Positions 10,101-18,532 of a DNA stretch of 64,000 nucleotides are shown here, in pieces (within the stretch, counting starts at the first letter, position 1; each line of letters opens with the position of its first letter). The stretch is taken from IMG/VR virus record IMGVR_UViG_3300021138_000015; one strand, 5' to 3'. The position numbers were made by a program, and so were the translations under genes. The stretch is from an uncultured virus (IMG/VR IMGVR_UViG_3300021138_000015) (Duplodnaviria; Heunggongvirae; Uroviricota; Caudoviricetes). The notes beneath the pieces are model-generated. The model saw only the letters and a program-made list of their open reading frames with translations, had not been told where the DNA came from and made no database searches.

Positions 10101-11575
10101 TCCCAATTAGCTCTAGTAGCGGCCAGTTTGGCCACTGGCAAATCTATAAACTTTTCCTGTGTGGCACCGGGCATGTGATATTTTACTGTAGGCATAATAC
10201 TACCAGGATAGTGTTGATTACCAAATATGTAGATGTAGGGTTCTTCTGTAGTGTCAGGATGCCACGAATAGTCAAAATCACAGGGCTCCAGTGTTTGCCA
10301 ATTGGGGTCATTAACTGGCAATCGTTTTGCTGGTATATCCACGTATTTGATTTTTACTGCACCTGGCACACAGTATGTAGGACCACCATTGGGTTGCCAT
10401 TGTGTAGCAAACTCATAGATATAGGGTTCTTCAGTATTGTCTGGGTGCCATGAATAATCAAAATTTTCCACTGGGAATGGCACAGTCCAATTGGACAGAT
10501 CTGGTAGCCTACGATGAGCTAAATCAACATACTTGCGTTCAACTGCTCCGGGTACACAATATACTGCACCGCCATTGGGTTGCCATTGTGTAGCAAATTC
10601 GTAGATGTAGGCCGGATCCCCGGGATCAGGACGCCAGGTATAATTTACACTGGTTTTATCAATGGTGTCGGGCACAATCCAGTTAGTTGGGTCAGGGCGT
10701 AGTGTAGCAATAATGTCTACGAATTTACGCTCTACTGCACCGGGAGTGTGATATTCTACTGTAGGCATACGTTCAGCTGGATACAATTGATTACCAAATA
10801 CATAAATGAATGGTGGATCCTTAGGATGTGGTACCCAAGACCAATCAAAACGATCTTCGTATATAGATTCTAATATGCGCCAGTTATCTCGACTGGGTTT
10901 TGTTCGTACTGTTGATTCGGTTATGTATTTGTATTCGGTTGCTCCGGGTACGCGATACACCGGTCCTCCTTCAGGATTCCATTGCGTAGCAAACTCGTAG
11001 ACGTAGGGCGGAGCAGTGGGATCTGGGCGCCAGGTAAAGTCAACAGTTTTTGTGTCTATGTTGTCTGGAACTTCCCAATTGCTTTGATCTTCTGCTAACG
11101 TAGCTGTTGGCTCGTATACAAATTTTTCTTGCGTGGCCCCGGGTACTAGATATTTTACTGTAGGCATAACAGTACCGGGATAATGTTGATTTCCAAATAC
11201 GTAGATGTATGGCGGCTCCCATGGGTGTGGAGTCCATGTATGATCAAAGTCGCAGTTGATTAATACCTGGACTCGTTCAGGAAAATATCTAGTGGGTAAT
11301 TTTTCTGTATGTACATACAAATTATCACTGGCATTATCTTTTCTAGTAAGGTATGCACCATAAAATTTGTCCCATTCCGTTGGCCATACATGTGTGTATT
11401 GACTTTCCCAAGGAACTGGTACATAGTCAAAATCAAATCCTGTGTAGTCATTGCCCCCATAAATATACCAGTAGTATTTGGTTCTAGACAAAGCAGCAGC
11501 TTGTTCTAAGCTATCAGCAGGTTTTTCAAATTCAAATAAACCGGGTTTAGGCCCCCAATAAAAAACATCAAACAT
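7178..11575 (-). CDS. 1465-aa protein: 12 tandem W/P/Y-rich repeats followed by several degenerate GT-A-like (glycosyltransferase-fold) domains
   Basis: Repeat consensus D(Y/W/F)(S/T)WxP...PYIY.F(GNQW/ATQW)..P.Y.VPGA.E.KY. The C-terminal DIVYISNGEP...RGVDGR..AY..AA...NPLNGLEYG...WRTAFREVVK is clearly homologous to 29477..30373. Confidence 0.8.
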   Translation of the reverse strand: MFDVFYWGPKPGLFEFEKPADSLEQAAALSRTKYYWYIYGGNDYTGFDFDYVPVPWESQYTHVWPTEWDKFYGAYLTRKDNASDNLYVHTEKLPTRYFPERVQVLINCDFDHTWTPHPWEPPYIYVFGNQHYPGTVMPTVKYLVPGATQEKFVYEPTATLAEDQSNWEVPDNIDTKTVDFTWRPDPTAPPYVYEFATQWNPEGGPVYRVPGATEYKYITESTVRTKPSRDNWRILESIYEDRFDWSWVPHPKDPPFIYVFGNQLYPAERMPTVEYHTPGAVERKFVDIIATLRPDPTNWIVPDTIDKTSVNYTWRPDPGDPAYIYEFATQWQPNGGAVYCVPGAVERKYVDLAHRRLPDLSNWTVPFPVENFDYSWHPDNTEEPYIYEFATQWQPNGGPTYCVPGAVKIKYVDIPAKRLPVNDPNWQTLEPCDFDYSWHPDTTEEPYIYIFGNQHYPGSIMPTVKYHMPGATQEKFIDLPVAKLAATRANWEILEPIDEDAWDWTWRPNPKDPPYIYQFGNQWNPAEYKASVRYSVAGATEVKYMELRTRRLPQPELFKSNIAVADFDWSWEPNPFDPPMTYVFGNQWNPAVLEPTVVYAVAGATEIKYVDDIVATVAKDMTAWELLDDIESFDYSWRPTPKDPAYIYVFGNQWLSPEQRPALRYTVPGATEIKYMDEPKARRVGDPSKFTTHYACDFDYSWEPDPGSPPYIYVFGNQWWPAEVMQTVEYCVAGATERKFMLEPVARLSERHNNHWHTLADCEFDYSWHPEPGSPAYIYVFGNQWYPAEVMPTVEYHMPGATERKYLDYNQAKLVPLMDRWSIPEEIDATNIDFSWHPHPQEQPYVHHFGTEHQMSIGLTYTVPGATELKFAVIPPLREKEKKVAVVLDIFFVDRNNATAQTRYERLQMRYPRIQKVRYANSIMATIQRCANKATTSKFWVISSEYNYDNFDFTWHAQPWQTYMTHVFPSQHQKWSDTFLINRWEFERHSAWAEGLEQFPNLNFVRDQTVTRPENLANIFYVDHSNGTIAQHQYEYLRTEHPDIVQTRFMDNYLDTFKRIMAVAETEYVWIINSVCDYTQFDFTWQPEPWQREMIHVFPSGLQKRGDTFYIHVESFKRQMIELELLDWFNVINYIDDRAVDRFSVPVHYYESDDLIAEIKNYRFDGPYVLFTNQKDTQIESSECLWSRKDRVVARCSESGATVLVPRDIKADLKSQIYDYPYIEDSVYRIRDYFINKHEPGLDIVYISNGEPDEQRWYDCLSYMSNTANIEWVRGVDGRTAAYQEAARRSRTPWFFAVFAKLEVLGSEFDWQWMPDYFQGPKHYIFNSRNPLNGLEYGHQGIIAYNKRMVLENNTPGIDFTLSQPHESVPILSGIAHFNQDPWMTWRTAFREVVKLKHFMATQPTVETEHRLKTWLTVAEGDYADDCLRGAEDAVKYYNEVGGDYERLKLSFEWAWLRQRFDNKY
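7182..7188 (-). promoter_or_regulatory. putative late promoter ATAAATA
   Basis: The minus strand reads ATAAATA-CTAG-ATG(7177). Confidence 0.5.
8960..11251 (-). repeat. 12 tandem coding repeats of roughly 60-70 aa
   Basis: Counted from the translation, from DFDHTWTPHPW to DFSWHPHPQ...PGATELKF. Boundaries are approximate. Confidence 0.85.
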
Positions 11576-12734
11576 GTATAATATTCACAGTCATTACGAA
11601 AATATATTTTATCATTTAAAAAGTATTGTAACACATCGACGACTACTTTACCTACTACCATATGGCTCAACTAATCCAGAAAATATAGAAACACTGTCAG
11701 ACGATAATAGTCACATTCCGGTCTTTGTTGATACAGATCCACTGTTTGTCTGTTATGATCAAGAACCCATATATGGTAACTTTAATTATCATTTATTTGA
11801 TCACATACAAGATAATTTTCCTGGGCCATTTATACTACTAACCACAGAAAAAAATAGCTCGGCTGTCGATCAGATACAAGAACGATATGGTTGGCCTGTA
11901 GCGTACTACTTTCATCACGCTTTTGCTGCCAACGATTGGTTTCGCGGTTACCGATATTGTCCATTGTTAATTGAGCCAGCACGTAGAACCTTAACTAAAA
12001 AATACATTACATTTAATCGACTAACCAGCGGGCATCGTGTGTATCGTAGTTTGTTAATCAGTGAATTAATCAAACGCAACATACTTGATCAAGGCTACGT
12101 TAGCTACAACGATACCTGTCCTGACGGTGGCAATTATCAAGAAAATTTACTGACCAGCCCGTTAGTACCAATGGATATTGCTACCGAAGCCGTTGCTAAC
12201 ATCAACAGCATAAAATTACCCTTACGAGTAGATTATCATGGTCATAACTTTATACCCAATCATAGTTTTGTCCTCAGTGCTGTTGAACAAACACAAGAAA
12301 GTTTTTGTTATCTGGTAACCGAAACCTGTTATTGGGATAAAAAAGATCATTTAACTGAAAAAATATTTAAACCTATTGTGAGTCGTATGCCTTTTGTATT
12401 AGCTGGTCCAGCACATAATCTACGATATCTACGTGAATACGGATTTCAGACCTTCAGTCAGTGGATCGACGAAAGCTACGACGACATAGAAGATCCGTTG
12501 TTGCGTATGCAGGCCATTGGTGAGACTATGAGCAAAATATGCAACCGTAGTCTAGTAGAATTAACTGATATGCTTCAAGCAATGACTCCGGTATTAGAGC
12601 ATAACTATAATCTATTCTACAGCAATGATTTCTTAGATCACTGTTGGACAGAACTACAGACTAATCTTCTAGCGTCAGTTAACGGCCAAAGCGAACCCAG
12701 GCCCGCTCATGAAGATAGTACAACAGCATCTTAG
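11574..12734 (+). CDS. GT10/fucosyltransferase-like protein (paralogue 1)
   Basis: LVTET...LTEKIFKPI...PF..GP...L.YL..YGF.TF..WIDESYD. Confidence 0.6.
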   Translation: MYNIHSHYENIFYHLKSIVTHRRLLYLLPYGSTNPENIETLSDDNSHIPVFVDTDPLFVCYDQEPIYGNFNYHLFDHIQDNFPGPFILLTTEKNSSAVDQIQERYGWPVAYYFHHAFAANDWFRGYRYCPLLIEPARRTLTKKYITFNRLTSGHRVYRSLLISELIKRNILDQGYVSYNDTCPDGGNYQENLLTSPLVPMDIATEAVANINSIKLPLRVDYHGHNFIPNHSFVLSAVEQTQESFCYLVTETCYWDKKDHLTEKIFKPIVSRMPFVLAGPAHNLRYLREYGFQTFSQWIDESYDDIEDPLLRMQAIGETMSKICNRSLVELTDMLQAMTPVLEHNYNLFYSNDFLDHCWTELQTNLLASVNGQSEPRPAHEDSTTAS

Positions 12735-13293
12735 TAAATACTTCGACTCCGCCAATGGCAACAGCCAAATGAACCTGTCCGGTAATAATCCAGCTTAATA
12801 TAAAAGTATCAAAAGTACCTAAGACTCGCCAGCTGACAGCTTTTAAAATACTGCGCCGATGACTTTCTTGACGAGTACCGAATTGTGCTGTTAATTGTTT
12901 AATTACTGCGTCATTTTGATCCCAGGCAGTTATTCGATAATCAAATTTAGCCGGAGGTTTAAATAACCGATTAGTATCTGCAAATCTGCCTTCTTCAATG
13001 GCGTCCATCCATACTATTAGATCGGCTGCAAATATTAAACGGTATTCTTCTGTAGGACATACAAAATCACAGATAGCAAAATCTGCTCCACTACTGTCAG
13101 CCATTTCCCGCATACGTTTTACCTGTCTTAGTCGACCTTTAGGTGTAAAATCCCAGTCATCAAATTCTTGTCTAACAGCATCGGCATTAAACCATTTAAC
13201 TGTGTGACTGAGCATTAATCTTTTAACTAATTCTTGTGTGAAAGTAGTTTTACCCGAGCCCGGTAGTCCCATTACTAATATACGTTTTGTCAT
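12679..13293 (-). CDS. cysC: adenylylsulfate-kinase-like P-loop kinase fused to a C-terminal DUF2061-like membrane domain
   Basis: MGLPGSGKT, NADAVR...DWDF...R.RQ, FVCP, F.PP. C-terminal RSILKAVSWR...YYLHERAW. Confidence 0.75.
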   Translation of the reverse strand: MTKRILVMGLPGSGKTTFTQELVKRLMLSHTVKWFNADAVRQEFDDWDFTPKGRLRQVKRMREMADSSGADFAICDFVCPTEEYRLIFAADLIVWMDAIEEGRFADTNRLFKPPAKFDYRITAWDQNDAVIKQLTAQFGTRQESHRRSILKAVSWRVLGTFDTFILSWIITGQVHLAVAIGGVEVFTKMLLYYLHERAWVRFGR

Positions 13294-13655
13294 TTAAGTC
13301 CCATCTGCTTTCTAATTTCTGTGGCGCTGATTGCGTGAATATCTTCATCAAATACTTCTTGTTCTATAGTATAGCCAACTGCACGACCATAGGTAATGTT
13401 GGTGATGTTAGGCACAAATAATATAACATATTGTCCTGCGTATTTCTCATCTAGGTCAGCGTGTATAAAATTCGCAACTTCTTCCATTTGAAATGGGTTG
13501 CTGTCGTTCCAGCCCTCGCAGTCACGAACCATGATAGCAACTTGCCCTGTCTTGGCAATGGCACGTTCAAATAGAGCGCGATGGCCAGCGTGCCATGGTT
13601 GCCAACGTCCCAGCATCTGTACTGTAGGTTTACGCCAATCAAATTGTGTTGTCAT
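13290..13655 (-). CDS. cytidylyltransferase-like (HxGH) nucleotidyltransferase
   Basis: GRWQPWHAGH, NPF, ISATEIR. Confidence 0.85.
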   Translation of the reverse strand: MTTQFDWRKPTVQMLGRWQPWHAGHRALFERAIAKTGQVAIMVRDCEGWNDSNPFQMEEVANFIHADLDEKYAGQYVILFVPNITNITYGRAVGYTIEQEVFDEDIHAISATEIRKQMGLK

Positions 13656-14734
13656 ATAATTAATCTTTCCATGTATTTTTCTAAATTATTAGAATCTTCT
13701 TGAAATTGTTTTTCTAACGAAACCAATGCGTGATTTTGATTATGCTCAATTACGTCATTTACAGAATCTAACATCAATATTAATTCTTTTATGCTGAGTT
13801 TTGTTATTCTATCCAGTTCTTGTAATACATAATCAAAACGATTTATGTTATTAGATACCAAATCGTAACTTTCGTCAATGATGTTATTGTAAGTTTCAAA
13901 TCCTATTTGTCTTAATGTATTTAACGAGCCAGGTGCACCAAATAATAAAAATGGATTCCCAAATGTCAATGGCCGTAGTATTTTTTCAGTGAACCCGGCA
14001 TTATTCTCAAGTTCGTTGCTTATGTATGTTTCAGTTTCAACAGCAACCGCAGATTCATTATAAAAATCTTGTACTGTTGTCCAGGCTTCCATTGAGCGTT
14101 CGGGTTGATTTTTTTCTATAAAATTTTTATAAGGTAATTGATTGTAGATTTCTTCAAGGTTTAAATTTTCTATAAGAATAGGCGGAATGTAACTGTTTGT
14201 TAATTCAAACAACTCTTTTTTTGAATAATTTCCATCATTGCGTTTCCAATCAAACAAATAACTTACATGTCCTTGATCTAACAACTTATTTTTATGCAGA
14301 TAATAAAATAAATGATGTCTGTACCACGTAGGTCTACTAGACAGTGATATAAAATGTTTTCTAATAGGTTTTCGGTTGCATTCATTGAATTGATTGCCCC
14401 ACATCATAAAACTATACATTGATCGCATAGTTATCCAATGTATATTTTTAGAAAAATTAAACTCTGCAGGATAGTCAACAGTCGATATAATAATTAATTG
14501 TGTATCACAGTTATTTTCTTGACACCATTGATCAAATTCTTCTACTTCTTGATAAAACTGATAATAATAGTCACCTAAAAATAAAGAAACAATTAATTTG
14601 TGTGTGCGAACAAACGATTTAAAAAGATAACGATAGTGTCCGCATAATTTAATTTTAGGATTATTTTTTAAAAATGGAAAAAAATCTAAACTACTATTCT
14701 TATTCCACTGTGGTATTTGAGTAATATATTTCAT
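13652..14734 (-). CDS. GT10-like protein (paralogue 2)
   Basis: VETET...FTEKILRPL..GNPF...G..L..IGFETY..IIDESYD. Confidence 0.6.
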   Translation of the reverse strand: MKYITQIPQWNKNSSLDFFPFLKNNPKIKLCGHYRYLFKSFVRTHKLIVSLFLGDYYYQFYQEVEEFDQWCQENNCDTQLIIISTVDYPAEFNFSKNIHWITMRSMYSFMMWGNQFNECNRKPIRKHFISLSSRPTWYRHHLFYYLHKNKLLDQGHVSYLFDWKRNDGNYSKKELFELTNSYIPPILIENLNLEEIYNQLPYKNFIEKNQPERSMEAWTTVQDFYNESAVAVETETYISNELENNAGFTEKILRPLTFGNPFLLFGAPGSLNTLRQIGFETYNNIIDESYDLVSNNINRFDYVLQELDRITKLSIKELILMLDSVNDVIEHNQNHALVSLEKQFQEDSNNLEKYMERLII

Positions 14735-15315
14735 CCTACACGCCTTGCCGGACTACCAACATAGTGCCCGGGTTTGTCTATACTTTTTGTCACCAAGGAA
14801 CCTGCACCTACAGAAACTTCATCACAAATATCTAGTTTGTCGATAATTGAACAACGTAGATTTAATAAACAGTATTGACCGATAGTAGTAGAACCAGCAA
14901 CCATAGCACCCGAGTGTATGAGTGACCCATTACCTATGTGTGATTTATGACTAATCATTGAGTAAGGACCCATAGTACAATCTTTACCTACTGTAGCGTT
15001 ATATGCTACTGTACAAAAAGGTGCAATAAATGTTCCCTCGCCAACAGTTGCAGTGGGATCAATATAGGCCAGAGGATGTACAAACGTATACCGTGATAGA
15101 TTGTTGTTGTCTAGGTAGTCAACAATAGCTTTTCGTAATGCCAGCTCGCGAGTAACAGTGACCATAAATTGACTGCCATCATCAAAATTATTTTTAAAAA
15201 ATTCATCAGGATGTAGGATCTCAGCAACATTTCCTTGTGCATTGATCATGTGGGCCAGGTCATGAATAATAGAAGCCTGTTCAAATCCAATTAATGTAAT
15301 TTTACTTGTCGTCAT
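14731..15315 (-). CDS. hexapeptide-repeat sugar acetyltransferase (PglD/NeuD-like)
   Basis: VHPLAYI, left-handed beta-helix repeats, VGAGSLVTK..G.PAR. Likely start is ATG 15315. Confidence 0.85.
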   Translation of the reverse strand: MTTSKITLIGFEQASIIHDLAHMINAQGNVAEILHPDEFFKNNFDDGSQFMVTVTRELALRKAIVDYLDNNNLSRYTFVHPLAYIDPTATVGEGTFIAPFCTVAYNATVGKDCTMGPYSMISHKSHIGNGSLIHSGAMVAGSTTIGQYCLLNLRCSIIDKLDICDEVSVGAGSLVTKSIDKPGHYVGSPARRVG

Positions 15316-15532
15316 TTTTGAATAGTCTCTGTACGTGATGCATACGTTTAATTTCTTTGTAAATTCGATAAACACCAAGCGGACCAGCTGCGGCAAAAAA
15401 CCACGGAAGGAAGCCATGAATATAACTTTTTATGGCAATAACAATAAGACGATTACTTTGTTTAATGCTATGTCCTAGGTGCTTCCAATAGCCCATGCCC
15501 GATTCTTTAAGATGTTCTCGTGCTGATTTCAT
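15302..15532 (-). CDS. small protein, DUF6356-like
   Basis: EHL...GMGYWKH...IH.FLP.FF pattern; ATGA overlap with the carbamoyltransferase stop. Confidence 0.6.
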   Translation of the reverse strand: MKSAREHLKESGMGYWKHLGHSIKQSNRLIVIAIKSYIHGFLPWFFAAAGPLGVYRIYKEIKRMHHVQRLFKNDDK

Positions 15533-17007
15533 GAGCAAACTTTTACTCCATATTGTAGTTCAAAGCGGTCAGCATCTGCACGATCATTTACCATTGGTTC
15601 GCCACGGATGTTTAAGCTAGTATTAAGTAGCATAGGGCAACCGGTCATTACAAACCATTTTTCTAATAGTTCTCGGATTCCTGATCCGTCTTTAGGCACA
15701 GTCTGTATACGGCTAGTGCCGTCAACGTGGGTAATAGCAGGATATAGGTCAGGATGCCGACAACGACCGACGATCTGCATATACCTAGTGTCACTCCAGC
15801 CACTAGGGATATCAAAATATTCACTAGCGTGTTCCTCCAGTATAACTGGCGCAAATGGTCTGAATTTTTGTCTTCGTTTGATTTCATTTACTCTATCCTT
15901 TATATCTAGACCGCGTGGGTCTGCTAATAAACTCCTATTGCCCAAAGCACGAGGGCCAAACTCAGCACGGCCACTAGCAACACCAACAATTTTATCAGTA
16001 AGAAGACAATCCAAAATATCATTGACAGGATAAGCACCAGGAATGCAGTAACCCAGATAGGCATTTTGCCACTGTAACTGTTTGCCATATGCCAACGCCG
16101 CTGCCCCCAAACTGCTGCCGGCATCGCCAGGGCAAGGCATAATCCATATACTATCAAAATAATCTCCTAGGTTTCTATTTGCCAAACAGTTAAGTGCCAC
16201 ACCACCTGAATAGACTAAATTTGTACTCCACCCAAAGTCTCTAGCACGACGCATTACATTATACACTAGATTTTCACAAAGGTCTTGTGCTGATGCAGCT
16301 ATATCTTCCTTTTGATAATAGTCTGTGTAACTACTGGGCAACCCGGTGTGTAGATTTTGTTGGAACGTTACTTCTGATTCGTTTTTGATCAAATGCATTT
16401 TCATATTATCGCTGGCTGTAGGAGTTCCGTAGGCACTCATACCCATTAGGATATACTCATCTTCCATGGGCTTTAGTCCTATTTCGGCTGTGGCTGCTGT
16501 ATAGAATAATCCTATGCTGTGTGGATATCTCTGCCTCCATAGACGTGTATATTTAGCTTGACCGCGAACATACTGGGCTGCCCATATACTGATTGTGTCC
16601 CATTCCCCAATGGCATCTATTACCACTACTGTAGCACGAGTGTAAGGGCTGGTTTGAAATCCCCCGGCAGCATGGCTTAAATGATGATTATGTGTGCTAA
16701 CCGGCACATTAGGAAAATGTCCTTTTAATTGATTTTTTAATATATTCCAAACAGTTAATTTATCCCAATCAATTCCTTGTCCCGAGTATAACTGTCTTAA
16801 CTGTTTATTCCACGGACGTTCGTAATAGGCTATATGGTCTATATGACGATTGTCGGCGAGATCCCATATTAAATCCATGTGAATATCTGGGTCGTTTTTT
16901 ATACGACTATAGCGTTCGCTATGCCCAGCAAATACAATTTCACCTAAGTTGTTAACAACTGCAACGGCTGCGTCATGAAATCCAGCCGAGATTCCTAATA
17001 TGTTCAT
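15529..17007 (-). CDS. NodU/CmcH/TobZ-family O-carbamoyltransferase
   Basis: HDAA, ER.SR.K, HHLSHA, DAIGE, GGVALNC, GDAG, EFGPRALGNRS, RPFAP, HVDGTSRIQ, LNTSLN..GEP. Confidence 0.95.
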   Translation of the reverse strand: MNILGISAGFHDAAVAVVNNLGEIVFAGHSERYSRIKNDPDIHMDLIWDLADNRHIDHIAYYERPWNKQLRQLYSGQGIDWDKLTVWNILKNQLKGHFPNVPVSTHNHHLSHAAGGFQTSPYTRATVVVIDAIGEWDTISIWAAQYVRGQAKYTRLWRQRYPHSIGLFYTAATAEIGLKPMEDEYILMGMSAYGTPTASDNMKMHLIKNESEVTFQQNLHTGLPSSYTDYYQKEDIAASAQDLCENLVYNVMRRARDFGWSTNLVYSGGVALNCLANRNLGDYFDSIWIMPCPGDAGSSLGAAALAYGKQLQWQNAYLGYCIPGAYPVNDILDCLLTDKIVGVASGRAEFGPRALGNRSLLADPRGLDIKDRVNEIKRRQKFRPFAPVILEEHASEYFDIPSGWSDTRYMQIVGRCRHPDLYPAITHVDGTSRIQTVPKDGSGIRELLEKWFVMTGCPMLLNTSLNIRGEPMVNDRADADRFELQYGVKVCS

Positions 17008-17641
17008 TGATTTTTTCTGCTACTCGTTGATGTCCTTCTTCCAAGAAATGCCCATTGGGCCCTTGGGGTAATTTATAATTCCATTCCGCCATTCCTTCTT
17101 TTTCAAATCCTAAAAAGTAGGTTTGATCAATTTGATCAGTGTACCAGCTCTTCCCATCAAAAAATGCACGTTTATAATATTCGTTTTGACTGGTGTTAAG
17201 CATTACATATTTTATATTTTTGTTTTGTAAAAAGTTTTGTAGTAAAATAACCTGTTGTAAAAATTTTCTATGGAACCAAGCACTATTATGATATTTGTTA
17301 ATATATACTAATAAATCTTCTCGCCAGGTAGCACCATCCCTAATAAATAATTTTCCACCATACCCTGGCCATACGTCATATGTACCAACTTCATCGGCCC
17401 ATTCGCTTCTTCCTGTATCTGCCCAGGCAATAATAACTAAATCAGGAATGGTGTTCATTGGATTAATTAAAACCTCAATGGTCTTACGCAGAATTTTATC
17501 GTTACTAGAGGCCGGCTGACCTAAATTTGTTACCGAAGCCTGCAGTTGGTTAGCCAACAGAGACGGCCAAGCAAGATTTCTATCATTGAGTTCTTCCCCG
17601 TAGGTAAAACTGTCGCCTACGGCCAATATATTTTTAATCAT
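16973..17641 (-). CDS. SGNH/GDSL-like protein
   Basis: GDSFTYG; C-terminal GPNGHFLEEGH. Confidence 0.7.
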   Translation of the reverse strand: MIKNILAVGDSFTYGEELNDRNLAWPSLLANQLQASVTNLGQPASSNDKILRKTIEVLINPMNTIPDLVIIAWADTGRSEWADEVGTYDVWPGYGGKLFIRDGATWREDLLVYINKYHNSAWFHRKFLQQVILLQNFLQNKNIKYVMLNTSQNEYYKRAFFDGKSWYTDQIDQTYFLGFEKEGMAEWNYKLPQGPNGHFLEEGHQRVAEKINEHIRNLGWIS

Positions 17642-17739
17642 TTATAGATAAAAGGATCTCTTTTACGCAACTCTTTTAATTTCTTGCGATAACGTATTTC
17701 TAATACAATTCTATTGTATATGTTTTTTAACCAGTTCAT
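17638..17739 (-). CDS. 33-aa basic peptide MNWLKNIYNRIVLEIRYRKKLKELRKRDPFIYK (absent from the ORF track)
   Basis: ATG at 17739 and TGA at 17638-17640. It overlaps the upstream gene end and makes an ATGA junction with the downstream start, closing the only gap in the operon. Confidence 0.7.
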   Translation of the reverse strand: MNWLKNIYNRIVLEIRYRKKLKELRKRDPFIYK

Positions 17740-18532
17740 TGAATCGATCTTTCATTAAATTTGCTGCATCCTGATGTGCTTCTTCTAGTGGGTGTGTAGT
17801 ACCCACTGGGTATTTATTCTCTACTGCCCATTGGTAGAAGCCTCTTGGATCTTGTGTTTCGTGTGGGTGTGTTCCAGGCGGAAAAGTGTACCATTTATGC
17901 CAGTTAATTTGACTATAAATTGAGTTCATAGTAGGATCATTCTTGTGTCTAAGATAAATTCCATTATTTTCTAAATATATGTCAGCTGGGGCAAACAAAT
18001 AGGGAATTTGATTTATTTGAAAATACTGTTGTAAAAATAATATTTCTCGAAGACTAGTGTATGTTTCGTAGTATTCGTTATTTCCTACATGTTTATAAAA
18101 TGTCTTAGCAAAATCTGTTAATCCAGAATTATCCAACATTAATTTGTTATTAATATGTGCGTCAAACACCAGAGAATCAAATGTTGTAAATTCTTTTTTT
18201 ATAGTTGCGGGATCATCAACAATATCCCACAAATTAATGCTATACCATGGACTTGATTTCCTACCAGTATCGTAATTAAATCTAAACTCGTATCTATGAG
18301 TAAATGTCCACAATACTATTGCAAACAGGTCTTGTCCTTTACGTGCTTCGCAGGCATTCATTACCTGTCGAGCAATAGCTGCATTGGCATTTCCTGATTC
18401 GGCTGCACATACATAATCAGCATCGACAGTATTGGCTAATAAAGCTGGAAATGTTGATAGGCTATGTTGTCTAACACAGTCTTTTAATTCTGCACCATAG
18501 ACAAAACTATCACCCCCGGCTACTATAATCAT
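17711..18532 (-). CDS. SGNH/GDSL-like protein
   Basis: GGDSFVYG, WTF..R, GTTHPLEEAH. Confidence 0.7.
   Translation of the reverse strand: MIIVAGGDSFVYGAELKDCVRQHSLSTFPALLANTVDADYVCAAESGNANAAIARQVMNACEARKGQDLFAIVLWTFTHRYEFRFNYDTGRKSSPWYSINLWDIVDDPATIKKEFTTFDSLVFDAHINNKLMLDNSGLTDFAKTFYKHVGNNEYYETYTSLREILFLQQYFQINQIPYLFAPADIYLENNGIYLRHKNDPTMNSIYSQINWHKWYTFPPGTHPHETQDPRGFYQWAVENKYPVGTTHPLEEAHQDAANLMKDRFNELVKKHIQ

Noticed and set aside
8960..11251. CRISPR array or diversity-generating retroelement template/variable repeats
   Set aside because: The repeats are long, degenerate and in-frame coding units. There is no spacer structure, no adenine-specific divergence that I could see, and no reverse transcriptase or cas gene in the window.
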